A stretch of DNA of 64,000 bases, taken from Emiliania huxleyi CCMP1516 (lineage: Eukaryota). The translations under genes and the position numbers were made by a program. Each line of letters opens with the position of its first letter. Positions within the stretch are counted from its first letter, which is position 1. The stretch covers positions 216,045 to 280,044 of the forward strand of contig NW_005202368.1 in assembly GCF_000372725.1 (NCBI RefSeq). Reading direction: 5' to 3'. The notes under the pieces are model-generated. The model saw only the letters and a program-made list of their open reading frames with translations. It did not search any database and had not been told where the DNA came from. This document shows positions 12,408-23,503 of the stretch, piece by piece.

Positions 12408-13163
12408 GTGAGCGTTCATCAAACGACAATCCCTTCTCCGAACCTCCCCATTTCGCCGTCGCCGTCGCCGTCGCCGTCGCCCTCGCCGTCGCCGTCGCCC
12501 TCGCCCTCGCCCTCGCCCTCGCCGAGCGGTCCCGCCGTTTGCGGCACGTGGTCGGAGATCTGCAACGGCTGCGCCGGCGGATCGAGCGCGTGCTTTCAGT
12601 GCACAGACGATCCGGCAAAGTGGCAGTGCCCGGGTGGCGGGCCGGAACCAAGCCCCTCACCCTCACCCTCACCCTCGCCTTCGCCCTCTCCCTCGCCGTC
12701 GCCGTCGCCCTCTCCCAGTTCCTCGCCCTCGCCCAGCCCCTTGCCGCCGCCCTCGCCCAGCCCCTCGCCGTCGCCCTCTCCCAGCCCCTCGCCCTCGCCG
12801 TCGCCCTCCCCTAGCCCGTCTCCCAGCCCATCTCCGTCCACGTCCCCATCGCCCTCTGCATCGCCATCTGGCCCGTACGACCCCAGTACATGCAGCTGGC
12901 CTGGCCTTTTGCTTGGTGCCTGGTGCGGCACCTGCGCTGGGCCCGACAAGGGCCAGGATGCGTGCAACCCGGCAGACAACGCTGACGACTGCTGCACCGG
13001 AACCTCCTGCCAGTGGGACAAGAACGCAGGCGGCGGAGGGTGGAGCATGGTGTGTGTAGAGGCCTTCGAGCTCGGGCGGGGCGTGACGGCGACGCCTGAT
13101 ATCTTCTGCCAGACCGCCAAGGGTGTGTCTGAGGGTCCGTGCGAGCTCGAAGTTGGCCATTGA
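12408..13163 (+). CDS. Ser-Pro repeat / Cys-rich extracellular protein (3' part; 5' exons unclear)
   Basis: (SP)n tracts separating Cys/Trp-rich modules (CGTWSEICNGC..., WCGTCAG...CCTGTSCQW). Confidence 0.65.
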   Translation: MSVHQTTIPSPNLPISPSPSPSPSPSPSPSPSPSPSPSPSGPAVCGTWSEICNGCAGGSSACFQCTDDPAKWQCPGGGPEPSPSPSPSPSPSPSPSPSPSPSPSSSPSPSPLPPPSPSPSPSPSPSPSPSPSPSPSPSPSPSPSTSPSPSASPSGPYDPSTCSWPGLLLGAWCGTCAGPDKGQDACNPADNADDCCTGTSCQWDKNAGGGGWSMVCVEAFELGRGVTATPDIFCQTAKGVSEGPCELEVGH

Positions 13164-13583
13164 TTCGACCTACGCTAGGGGCTGACTCATCGCGCGACAA
13201 AGGCGAGGCCCTTGACGCTTTGAGTGCGTCCCAGCGCGGGCACAGGTCATGCTACATGCTTGTGCGTTGTGGACGATGCTGGATCCATCGGGGCATCGAC
13301 CACATGGTCATGCTGTGCCCCCCCCCCCCCGACGGGGCATGCTGTGTAGTTGCATAGAGAATCGGGGCATCCGCACGCTGAGGTTCCTTCTCTGTGCAAA
13401 GCTCCATACACAGCAACGTGTCGATAGTTTGGATAGACGAGCCGTTTATTTAAATGCGGAATGAATCTATGTCTTATGTGCAATGAGAGTTCCGAAGCTG
13501 GGGAGCAATCAATGGCACCACAGTAGTGGAGAACAACTGTTGTTGAATCCTATTTTGATTGAACCAAATCTGTCACAGTCACG

Positions 13584-16500
13584 TCACTGCAGCCGCGTCT
13601 CAAAGGCCGTGTCTGGTTTGATGGCGAACGGGTAAAAGTGCGTCACAAACTTGGACGCCTCATCAAGTCGCTGCACCGCGTTGCTGGCCCTGCTGCAGTC
13701 TGGCCGCTCTCCGATGGGCGCTGGAGGGCGGAAGCCCCACACGCTGTCCATGTGGCGGTAGTTGAACCTCACCATCTCCGCCGGCCCCAGCAGCGCTTGC
13801 ATCACGTGGTCGAACTCGCGGTTCGCCTGCGGCGAGCCGAGATCGACACAGAGCCGCCGCAAGTCCGCCGCCCCGACCTCGAGCACGGGCGCGCCGCGCG
13901 CCGCCCCGAGCGCGGCACGGATGTCTGAAAGCCTCGTCCCCGCCGCCACCGTCCGCTCCTCCCTCGGCGGCGGCAGAGGCGGGATCGGGTCTCCCGGGGC
14001 GAGAGGCGCCTGGGCGGCCTCGGCCGCCCCCGCGCCGCCGGCGACACGCAGCCGCACGCGCGCGCCGCGGAGGGTGGCGTTGGCCTGCGGGTGGTAGAGG
14101 AAGGAGGCCGCGCGGACCGGCACCTCCTGCTCCTCCCAGAGGTGCACGTCGAAGAGGTGGTCCATCGGGCACGCAAAAGGGAGCCGCATCTCCCTCGGCG
14201 CCTCGGCCATTCGACACCGCTGCAGCGCGTTCCAGTAGCGGTCGCACCAGCACGTGAGCGGCGGGAGCAGGAGCGTCCTCCCCGTCGCCCTGGCGAGGGC
14301 GAGCGCGTCGCGCAGAGCCGCCCGCTGCAGCACGTCGAAGGTGAGGTGCCTGCACGGAGACGCGGTCGCAGTGGTGGGAGATCTCAACAGTCTCATACTC
14401 CACAGAGAATCATGCACATTTGCCGGCATGAGTGCAGGTATGGATCACACCCTTGTGCAGCTAACGGATTCAGCTTAAGGCCATAGGCAACTATGCCGCC
14501 TCCATGTCCATGTGGCTGTGCACATTCAAATGACGACAAGGCAGCTCGCCTCATCGGGTTGTCCTCGGGCAGCGCCGTCGGGTCGACCACGTTGTTCATC
14601 AGCCGGTCGGTGTAGCCCTTCGTGCCCTCGACCCGGACTGCCGCCACGCCCTCGCGCACCTTCACCCCCTCGAGGCTGCCTGGCTCGACGAGCGGGCCGA
14701 CCAGCCGCAAAAAGCCTCCGCTCCGCGCCTGCACGGAAGGGTGCGAGAAGGGTGCGAGAAGGGTGCGAGAAGGGTCCGAGAGAAGGCTGCTCCTCGAGCG
14801 GCGGCTCCGCGCCGCGTCAAAGTACTCATCGCCGTCTCCCCGCCACAGCCCCGCCTCGCGCAAGCGCTGCCTCTTCCCCCACGTGTACGCGGGCGTGTCC
14901 GAGAACTGGTAGGTCGTGTGCAGCGCGACCGGCGGGGTGGCGCGTGCCAGCTGCTCGTGCTGCACAAAGTAGATGTGGCCGCCCGAGAACTCGAGGGCCG
15001 GCAGCGCGGTCAGTGTGATGTGCGCTGACCCGCCCGAAGGGAGGGGCAGCGCGCTGCGGCTCCGGTAGACGGAGCGGTCGCCCTCGCGCGAGGCGTCGAC
15101 CTATTCATTGCTTCCTGATCGACCCACGAACCACTGACTCATACGCAGCCGCCCTCGAGGCGTGTACCTCCCCGTCGGCCAGGCCCCGCTCGGCGAGCCA
15201 CTGCCTCCACACGCCCTGCGACTGGACGCCCTGCAGCCCGAGCGCGCGCACGATCATGTTGAAGTAGGTCTGGTCGTTGAAGCCCCACGAGTCTTTGCGC
15301 AGCCGACCCGCCGTGAGCTCGTCGAGCATCTTGCGCTTCCAGGCGGCGAGCAGGGCGCGCGTGCCGTTTGTGTTTCGCAGGAAGAGGACGCCGGTGTTGA
15401 CCTCCGCGTACCGCCACCGCTCGGAGCGCGCCGTGTCGAGCGCGAGGTTGGCGATGTCCGTCGAGACGAGCACGTCGGCGTGCGCCAGCAGCTGCATGCC
15501 CGCAGCCTGCCCCGTCACCCACGGCCTCGGGTCGCGCACCCAAGTCACGTCCAGGTCGGAGGCGAGCACGTCGAAGCCGGCGCGGACAAACTCCTCGAAA
15601 AAGTCGACCTTCAGAACGCCCATCTGCGTGAAGGCCTTCGGGTCCATGCGGTAGTACCGCCTGCGGGAAGGCGGTCGGTGCCCACTGAGCGCCCGCGTGG
15701 CGAGCCATGGCCATTGGAATTGCATGCTGGATGATGGGTCGAAGAAGAAGTTGAAGGCTGATAATTTGGTTCCGATTGTTGAGGCGGCACACCAGCTCGT
15801 CTCGATGCCCGCCACGTCCTCCCGCGTCGGCGTGGGCGGCGTCTTGAGCAGCGCCGCGCCGACGCCCGCCTCGTCGCACCGCCGGAAGAGAGCCTCGTCC
15901 ATCGCGCCTTGGCTCAGGCTCCGAGAATGCTAAAGGGGGCGGGGGGCGCGCCGCCTAGAGGACGGGCGCGTCGCGCGCCCAGCACGTGCGAGTCGAGGCC
16001 GAGACGCCGCACGTGCGCGACCTACGGTGCATCGAGACGCGTCTTCCGCATTGGATCATGGCCCCAAGACACCGCCGGTGCGATCCGTGCTCCGCGGCTT
16101 GCCACGGGTGCGCAAGAGCGGCGCTTGGCTTAGAGTTGGTGGGGAGACCGCGGGAGAGGGTGAGGGAAGCTTGGGGTGTGGGCGGCGGGAGAGGGTGAGG
16201 GGAGGTGGGGTGTGGGCGGAGGAGACCCAGCGGACTAGGAGACCCAGCGGACGTGCAGGCTAGGAAGGCTCTGGGAGGTGTCGGAAAGTGTCTAGGCTGC
16301 GGCTGCTCGCCCAGTGAAACAGAAAGTCGCCCATCGACGAGCCGCCAAACACCATGAACAGGATGCGCTGCCGACCCTGGTGAGGCAGCAGCCGCGCCGC
16401 CGCATGCCGGTTGAGCAGGAGCTTGTCCTACGCTACGGGACACCAGCCTCACCGACGTGCTCACGCGCCGGGTGGCGGAGCAAGAGCCCATACCGTCAGC

Positions 16501-17093
16501 CACTGCGCGCCGGGAAGGGAAGACGCAGGCGCACGGGACGCACCCCGGCCTCGCTCCTCCGTCTCGCGCTGCCGGCGCACCGGCTTGCCGCTTAGCGACG
16601 GGACTCGCAGCCACGGGTCGCGCACCAGGTCTGGACGCATGGTCCACTCATCGGCGGGGTCGGCGGCGGCGGCGGCGGGCGTGGCGGCGGGCGTGGCGGC
16701 AGCGGGTGTGGAGAAAGGAGTGGCGGCAGCGGGCGTGGAGGCGGGCGTGGCGGCAGCGGGTGTGGAGGCGGGCGTGGCGGCAGCGGGCGTGGAGGCGGGA
16801 GTGGCGGCAGCGGGTGTGGAGGCGGGAGTGGCGGCAGCGGGCGTGGAGGCGGGCGTGGAGGCGGGAGTGGCGGTGTCGGCGGGTGTGGAGCCGGCGGACC
16901 TCTCGCCGGGTACAGAATCCCTGTGTGCCGTCCTCGTGCTTCGCCTCGCCATCGCCATCGCCTCTGCCTCGTGGTGCGGGTTTGGCCGGCTCCACGTGGC
17001 GCTCACAGAACTGCTGGCCTGGAGGTACGAGCGGAGCGTCGCGAGCACAAGAAGGACGGCACAGGCGAATCGCGTAAGGCGGTGCTGCAGCAT
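13584..17093 (-). CDS. GT77 nucleotide-diphospho-sugar transferase, XEG113 arabinosyltransferase-like, multi-exon type II membrane protein
   Basis: N-terminal TM and STPAAATPA stem; MGVLKV, SDLDVTWVRDP (DxD), NTGVLF, NDQTYFN, GHIYFVQH, HTTYQF..GKRQRLREAGLW, LPPLTCWCDRYW, PFACPMDHLFD. Confidence 0.88.
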
Positions 17094-17223
17094 TGCCCGC
17101 AGTCGCTTCCCAGCTGGGCGGGCGGGCCGGTGGGAGCCATATGCACACACACGTGTACGCGAACAAAAGCGCCTCTGCTCGTCCTGAATTCACACACACT
17201 GTGTTCACACGTGTTTCCCCCCC

Positions 17224-17817
17224 CACCACACACACACACACACACACACGGACGTACGCATACGAACCGCATTATGACACAGATTCGAGACTCGGTCTCG
17301 AACTGGGGTCTCGAGGTTCGATCGAGTGGACGCCATCGGTTATAACCGACCAAGTTTGGTCATAGTTGACCACTCGGGCACCAAACTTGGAAATGCGGCG
17401 TCGAAGGAGATATGTTGAGATAGAGATCGTGTCTCGTCTAAGTAAGTGTGTGGGGGGAATTGACCACTCGGGCAAAATCGGCCGAGCCACAAGCGGAGTG
17501 GCGGCTGGCCGATTTAAGTGCACCACACACACACACACACACACACGGACGTACGCATACGAACCGCATTATGACACAGATTCGAGACTCGGTCTCGAAC
17601 TGGGGTCTCGAGGTTCGATCGAGTGGACGCCATCGGTTATAACCGACCAAGTTTGGTCATAGTTGACCACTCGGGCACCAAACTTGGAAATGCGGCGTCG
17701 AAGGAGATATGTTGAGATAGAGATCGTGTCTCGTCTAAGTAAGTGTGTGGGGGGAATTGACCACTCGGGCAAAATCGGCCGAGCCACAAGCGGAGTGGCG
17801 GCTGGCCGATTTAAGTG
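17224..17817. repeat. Near-perfect tandem duplication of a ~297-bp structured unit
   Basis: Unit 17224-17520 repeated at 17521-17817; each starts with (CA)n and has internal hairpins. Confidence 0.9.
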
Positions 17818-18399
17818 GGGGGGCTTTTTGTATTTCTTTCTTTAATGGTGTGAGAAGTAAAAACCCGTTCAGAGCATCCGAGTGAAGAGACGCTACATGA
17901 GTGGGGGCCTCGAGCTTCCCGGCGGCCCGGGGTCAAGGGCCGCGCGGGAGGAGGAGGCACGCTTACCCATCACCAGGGCCACCCCGGGGGTTCACCAGGG
18001 GGTAGAGGCGGAAGCGGCGAGTGAAGCCCCTTCCCGCCGAGGGCCCGCACCCAAGGGCGCAGAGGCGGAGGCGGCATGGGAAGCTGCCGCGAGCCGCCTT
18101 GCCCCCTCGGGCGTCAGCGGCGCGCTTGCGCCCCCGCAGGTGTCTTTCGCGGGGGACCGAGCCAAGCGCCAGAAAGTGGAGACTTCCGGGAACCTTCTCT
18201 TATCAGAGACCTCGGGAGGGCAGCATGGCTTCACAGTGTACGCTGACGGCCCGCACCGGCAGGGAGGCGGCGCTGACCGCCTCCCCCGCCTGGAGATCGT
18301 GCAGCGCCTGGGTTCCGGCTCAACAAAGGTAGGGGCAGCAGATCGATGCATGCATATTCCCGTAGGCAAAAGTACAGAATCCAACACGCACAGCCTCCC

Positions 18400-19435
18400 A
18401 TGCCGGAAGAGGAGGAGTTCCGCGCCGCGTGCGAGCTCTACATGACGTCCGCCTTTGGCGGGAGGCTGGAGGAGGCTACGCAGCGGCGGCTCTACGGGCT
18501 CCATGCCCGCGCAACCCGAGGGCTGGCGCCGTCCGCGCCGCCAGAGGGCATGGCTGCCGAGCAGTGGGAAGCGTGGCGCGACGCGGGCTCTGCGCTGTCC
18601 GCCGAGGACGCGATGGAGGAGTACATCTCGGCGGTCGAGCTCGCGTCGCTCGAGGCCGGAGAGGAGGCGTCGGAGGAGGGCGCCGCGGCCGAGGGAGGGG
18701 GCGGGCTGGAAAGCCTCCCTCAGGGGCTGCGCGAGCAGCTCGAGGCGGCCGGGCTCGTGCCGAGCGGCGTCGATGGCGGCCGGGGCGGCTGCGGCGACGG
18801 CGGCGGCGTGGCAGGCAGCATTTTGGAGGCGGCGCGGGCCGGCGGCGACGCCGTGCAGAGGTTCCTCGGCGCGATGGAGGGCGGGGAGAGGCGGCGGGAC
18901 GCGTTGTCTTCGCGGGATGAGGACGGGCTGAGCGCGCTGCACCACGCCGTCGACAGCGGCCACGCGGCGGCGGTGGAGGCGCTGCGCGCCGCAGAGGCGC
19001 CACATGAGCCCTGTCCGCGAAGCTTCCATGACGCTTCCCCGAACCTTCCTGTAGGCGCTGCTCGCCGCAAAGGCGGACGTCGACGCTGTGGACGGCAGCG
19101 GCATGTCGCCGCTGCACTACGCGGCGATGCTGGGCGCGAGCGATGCGGCGGGCCTGCTGCTGGGAGCGGGCGCCGACGCGGCCTTGCGTGACGAGGACGG
19201 CGCCTCGCCGCTCGACATGGCCGAGGGTGAGGCTGTGACGGAGCTGCTGACGGGGCCCCGGCTGGGCCGCGCAGACGGGCCAGAGCCGAGGGCGTCGGCT
19301 GGGGACGTCCCGGCGTCGGAGGAGGGCGAGGCGACGGCGACGGCCATCCAGCGCGGCGAGGTGCGGGGCGAGGCGGGGGCGCAAGCGGCGCTCTCGAGCC
19401 TCATGCGCGGACTGCAGGATGGTGTTAAATCGTGA
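18400..19435 (+). CDS. Acyl-CoA-binding domain + ankyrin repeat protein (ACBD6/ACBP-ankyrin-like); GC-AG intron 18979-19054
   Basis: LYGLHARATRG, WEAW, AMEEYI ACBP motifs, then ankyrins GLSALHHA, GMSPLHYA, GASPLDMA. Confidence 0.85.
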
Positions 19436-19556
19436 CAGTGTCTTTAAATCGTGACACTGCTGACACTGGCCACCCGGCTCGCTGCAGCTCGCGGAGCGCG
19501 ACCCGATGTCCGAGTACGAGGGGCACGGCCCCGACATTCCGTTTTGAGACGAGTTC

Positions 19557-19765
19557 CTGTGTATGTATGTATGTATGTAGGAAGGTGAAGAACAGTCAGG
19601 CTCGGACTGGACACCGACGCGGTATGCCGTATGGGTGGACGCGGGACAGATGATGACGACACGCACGAGCGACACACAGACACAAACAAGCGCTCACAAG
19701 ACACACACAGCCAGCGGGCTGGCACACATCCTGAGTGGGCGTACACATCACTCAGGCCACTGTGT
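19557..19765 (-). mobile_element. Truncated non-LTR retroelement 3' end with (TACA)n tail
   Basis: ~200 bp highly similar to 59856-60056; possible TSD CTGTGT at 19557-19562 and 19760-19765. Confidence 0.75.
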
Positions 19766-19791
19766 GGGATTTCGCGCAATGTACCTTTATA

Positions 19792-21428
19792 GAGTAATGG
19801 TAATCTCTAGTCTTTTTTAGAGATTGAGAGCTTAAAGATTTGAAAGACTCCACTCGGGTCTACAGTGCTACCCAGAGATTTGAGACCAGAGATTTGAGAC
19901 TTGAGACCTCAGTCACTCGGCCTCCGGTGGGAGACTTTGAGATTAGAGACCAGAGACTTGGAGAATGAGATTTCCCACACCAGAAGGAATCTGCGGTCGA
20001 GTTCGCTCGAGATCCAAGATTTGAGACTGAAGATTTGGACGGCCTTCCAACCTAGAGATTTGAGAGCTGAGATTTGGAGATTTGCGGTGTGAATACTGAC
20101 AAGAGCCTCGAAGCTTCTAGAAGGGTTGGGTGGGTTTGACCTGGAGGGAGATTGAGGTCTGAGATCTGAGATTTGAGATTGAGATTTGAGATTGAGATTT
20201 GGGGCCCGGGGAGCCTGCGGCGCCATTTTAATCTGCGCTCCTCTTTATGGCCTGCGGCGCCTGGCTTGAGCTTGGAAGTGTAAACGAGTCCGCCAGGGCG
20301 GTCTGCAAACACGGAGCGCGCTGCGCGCGCGGTCTACGCCGAATTAGATGAGAGGGACAGCGCTATCCGCAAAGGCTCGACCAGCTGCGGCGGCTCGTCG
20401 GCAAAGGTCGTCCACTCCTTGGCGTACGGCTGAAAGCCGGTGTGCGAGTGGAGCATCTGCGTGTCGAGGCGCCACAGCATCTCGCCCTCAAAGATGATGT
20501 CTCGCGACAGCTGGACGTACTTGCGAGTCCGATCCATCGCGCCGTCATACGGCACCTGCTTGCCCTGAGCCAGCCGAGTTGACTCCTCAGCTGAGGCATA
20601 TGAGAGGTTGTGCTTGGCGCGACAATTTGGGCAGCGCTTGCAGTAGAGGAGCCCGTCAAAGCGCCCGTGCGTGCAGTATACGGTTGGATGGACGGGCTCG
20701 TCGCTGACCACAAGGCACACCTTCTGCCCTTGCAAAGCGCATACGGCGCAGAAGATCCACGAGAGCGCTGATGCCCGCCTCGCTCTCGATGCTGCTGACG
20801 AGGATGTTGATGGTCGTGGACGCGTGCGTTGTTTGCATGTCGGCGCAGCGATGAGCTCTGCGCGGTCGGGTGTGTCGACTGGGTAACGGGCCATGCCGAG
20901 GAGAAGCGCGACGATCTCATCCTCACTCTCGAGCGGCCACAGCTTCGTGGAGAACCGCCTCAGGCGGCGGCGGCGAGTGTCGGCGGCGCAAAGCATTGCA
21001 AGCCGAGCGTGCTGGGGCTTCCCGGGGTCCTCAGTCTCAATCTCAAATCTCGAGTCACGCTGCCCTTTTTTCGGTGGTGCCGCAAGCGATGTTTTTCGAA
21101 CGAAGCGAGATAAAGGCGTTGGAAGGTTGAGGAAGTTCACAGCATTCTGCATCGAAAACGGAATCTCTCTTGCTTGCAGTCTCAGTCTCTCCCACCCCTC
21201 ATCGAAATCTCAAACTCCCAAAGCGAAAAGGAATCTTCGCCATTTGAGATCTCACGCGTTTCCTCTAGAAACTCACACCGAGCGACGGGAAGACTGAGAT
21301 TTCGTGGCTGAAGTCTCGACGAAGATTTGGGAGATCTCAAGGGCGGGACTAGAGACTGAGATCTGCCCTGAAATCTTCAGGTCTCACTCCTCTCAATCTC
21401 TAAGAAAGACTAGAGATTACCATGACTG
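19792..21428 (-). mobile_element. TIR DNA transposon, probable non-autonomous KDZ (Kyakuja-Dileera-Zisupton) derivative
   Basis: ~38-bp imperfect TIRs, GAGATTTGAGA subterminal repeats, perfect 8-bp TSD CCTTTATA (19784-19791, 21429-21436). Confidence 0.85.
20334..21152 (-). CDS. Transposon ORF with CxC5-like cysteine cluster, truncated
   Basis: CAVC...PTVYCTHG...YCKRCPNCRAKHNLSY...YVQLSRDIIFEGEML...HSHTGFQPYAKEW matches the CxC5 pattern as I recall it. Confidence 0.6.
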   Translation of the reverse strand: MQNAVNFLNLPTPLSRFVRKTSLAAPPKKGQRDSRFEIETEDPGKPQHARLAMLCAADTRRRRLRRFSTKLWPLESEDEIVALLLGMARYPVDTPDRAELIAAPTCKQRTRPRPSTSSSAASRARRASALSWIFCAVCALQGQKVCLVVSDEPVHPTVYCTHGRFDGLLYCKRCPNCRAKHNLSYASAEESTRLAQGKQVPYDGAMDRTRKYVQLSRDIIFEGEMLWRLDTQMLHSHTGFQPYAKEWTTFADEPPQLVEPLRIALSLSSNSA

Positions 21429-21476
21429 CCTTTATATTACCCAAAAGCTAGGCTACACAACGCCCTCTATGTTGGG

Positions 21477-22195
21477 TCAAGGCGGGCGCCTAGAAGAAGG
21501 CGCCGCCCCCCGAGGGGGATCCCACCCGTACCCCGAGCCCCCGTCGAAGAGCGCGTCGAAAGCGTCGTCGCCTTCGTCGTACTCCTCCTCAAAGCACCGG
21601 ACCGGCTCCCCCCGGCCGTGCTCCCTTGCCCAGCGCATCTGCCGAACATGCGCACGCTGCTCCTCGCGCGCCCTCTCCTCCGCGGCGCGCGGCGTCCACC
21701 CGGTGGACGCCAACAGCGACTCGAGCGTCGCGCGATAAATCGCCTCGCCTTCCTCGCGTGATACCGCCTCGCCCGCCTCCTTCGCCACCGCCTTCTTCCC
21801 ACGCCGCGATAGCTCCTCGCCGCCCTTGCTCGCCAGCGCCGGCGATGCCGCGGCGCGCCCGCCGCGCCCGCGCGCCCGCGCCTGAAAGGTAGCCCTGCCG
21901 CGCCCGGCGTCCCCCCCTCCCCCCGCGCCCGAAAGATGACCCGCGCCTCCTCCTCCGTCACGGGCGTCTCGCGACCCCCTCGCGCCTGGAGGATAGCCCG
22001 GGCCTCCTCGTCCGTCACGGGCATCTGCGTCTTGTGCTGCAGGGCAATCCTCAGCGCCCGGACGCGCTTGTCCTCCTCGGCCGCGGCCGCCGCGCTCGCC
22101 TCCGCCGCCCCAGAGCCCCCTCCTGCCACCGCCTCCTCCGCGTCCGCGCCGCTGTAAGTAGATGAATCCGAACCTCTCCTCCGGGGCACCGACAT
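21477..22195 (-). CDS. Hypothetical protein (frame switch near 21880-21920)
   Basis: Two overlapping ORFs with protein-like helical text (PVTDEEARAIL/PVTEEEARVIF; SREEGEAIYRATLESLL). Confidence 0.4.
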
Positions 22196-22458
22196 GGCCG
22201 AGGGTGAGGCTGTGACGGAGCTGCTGACGGGGCCCCGGCTGGGCCGCGCAGACGGGCCAGAGCCGAGGGCGTCGGCTGGGGACGTCCCGGCGTCGGAGGA
22301 GGGCGAGGCGACGGCGACGGCCATCCAGCGCGGCGAGGTGCGGGGCGAGGCGGGGGCGCAAGCGGCGCTCTCGAGCCTCATGCGCGGACTGCAGGATGGT
22401 GTTAAATCGTGACACAGCGCCCCAAAATCCACTGTGTGGGATTTCGCGCAATGTACCT
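22190..22458 (+). repeat. Local duplication of the ACBP-ankyrin 3' end (19213-19437) plus 19758-19786
   Basis: ~225 bp that read identically by eye, then CCACTGTGTGGGATTTCGCGCAATGTACCT. Confidence 0.9.
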
Positions 22459-23503
22459 GGCGGGCGCCGCGGACCAGTTCCGCGAGCGCTCGTCAGCGGG
22501 TGGTGTGCGGTTCTTGCCGTAGTTCCTCTTCGGTCGCCTAGCCCCGGCGCCGTCTGGCGGACGCCTGCGTGTCACGAGTGCGAGCCGCTCGCGGTTCGTA
22601 CGCCCGCTTGCGGGTTCGAGTGGCGGGCTATCCCGCTTGCGGGATGGCTTAGCGGGTTCGAGCCGTCACACATTGGCTGCCGGGGTGTGCCGAGGGGGGG
22701 CTGGGTGGGCGGTAAGCCGTCATTGCCCGGCGCTGCTTGCAGCGCTCTGGGTGGTAGTGGCGGCGCTCCAAGAGTGGTGCTCTTGGGAAGAGGTTCCTCC
22801 TTTCCGCTCCCCCCCCCGCAAGGCGCGAGACACACACTTTCCCTGAGCGCTGTGGTCGCCGCAGACTGGCTCCGACTTGACGGGCGCATGGAGACGTGAT
22901 GCCTCCATGCGCCCGTCAAGTCGAAATCGATATGCAGCTCGATGGTTTGCCCGAAAAGGTACATGGCGGCGTTTGGCGACAACAGCGCTGCGACCGCGAA
23001 GTGGCGGTGGACATGCTCCCACGTTGCCGACGTGGCGCCGGAGTGGCCGGCGCTGCTCACCGCGACCACGACGGCTACTCCGATGCTCCGGGCCGACCCG
23101 TCCTACCCGACGGTGGCACTTTTCCACGTCTCGCTCACGCTGAGAAAAATTCTGAAACGGCGTGCAGCAGAGTCGCCGACGAGTCGGTCCGCGTGCCTCC
23201 TCGTGTCGCGCATCGTTCTCACCCATCCATAAACTCACTTTGGCCTCACTAAAGCGAGTCTGAATCCTTAATCCTCAGATTGCGTCACTGCGGGGCGTCT
23301 CGGCGGAGTGCGGTCAGCCGGTGATGTGGCCTGGGCGGCATGCTTGGATGCGTGGCTCACTCTCAGAGAACGCTCACCCCTAGACGCGTCTCCACCCTGT
23401 GGATATATTACTGGAATCGGAGGGGGGGGCACGCCCGCCTCGGGCGCGCCCGTACTAGACGCCGCGCCGGCCCACCGGGGAGCCCACGCGCCAGTCGTCG
23501 GCA

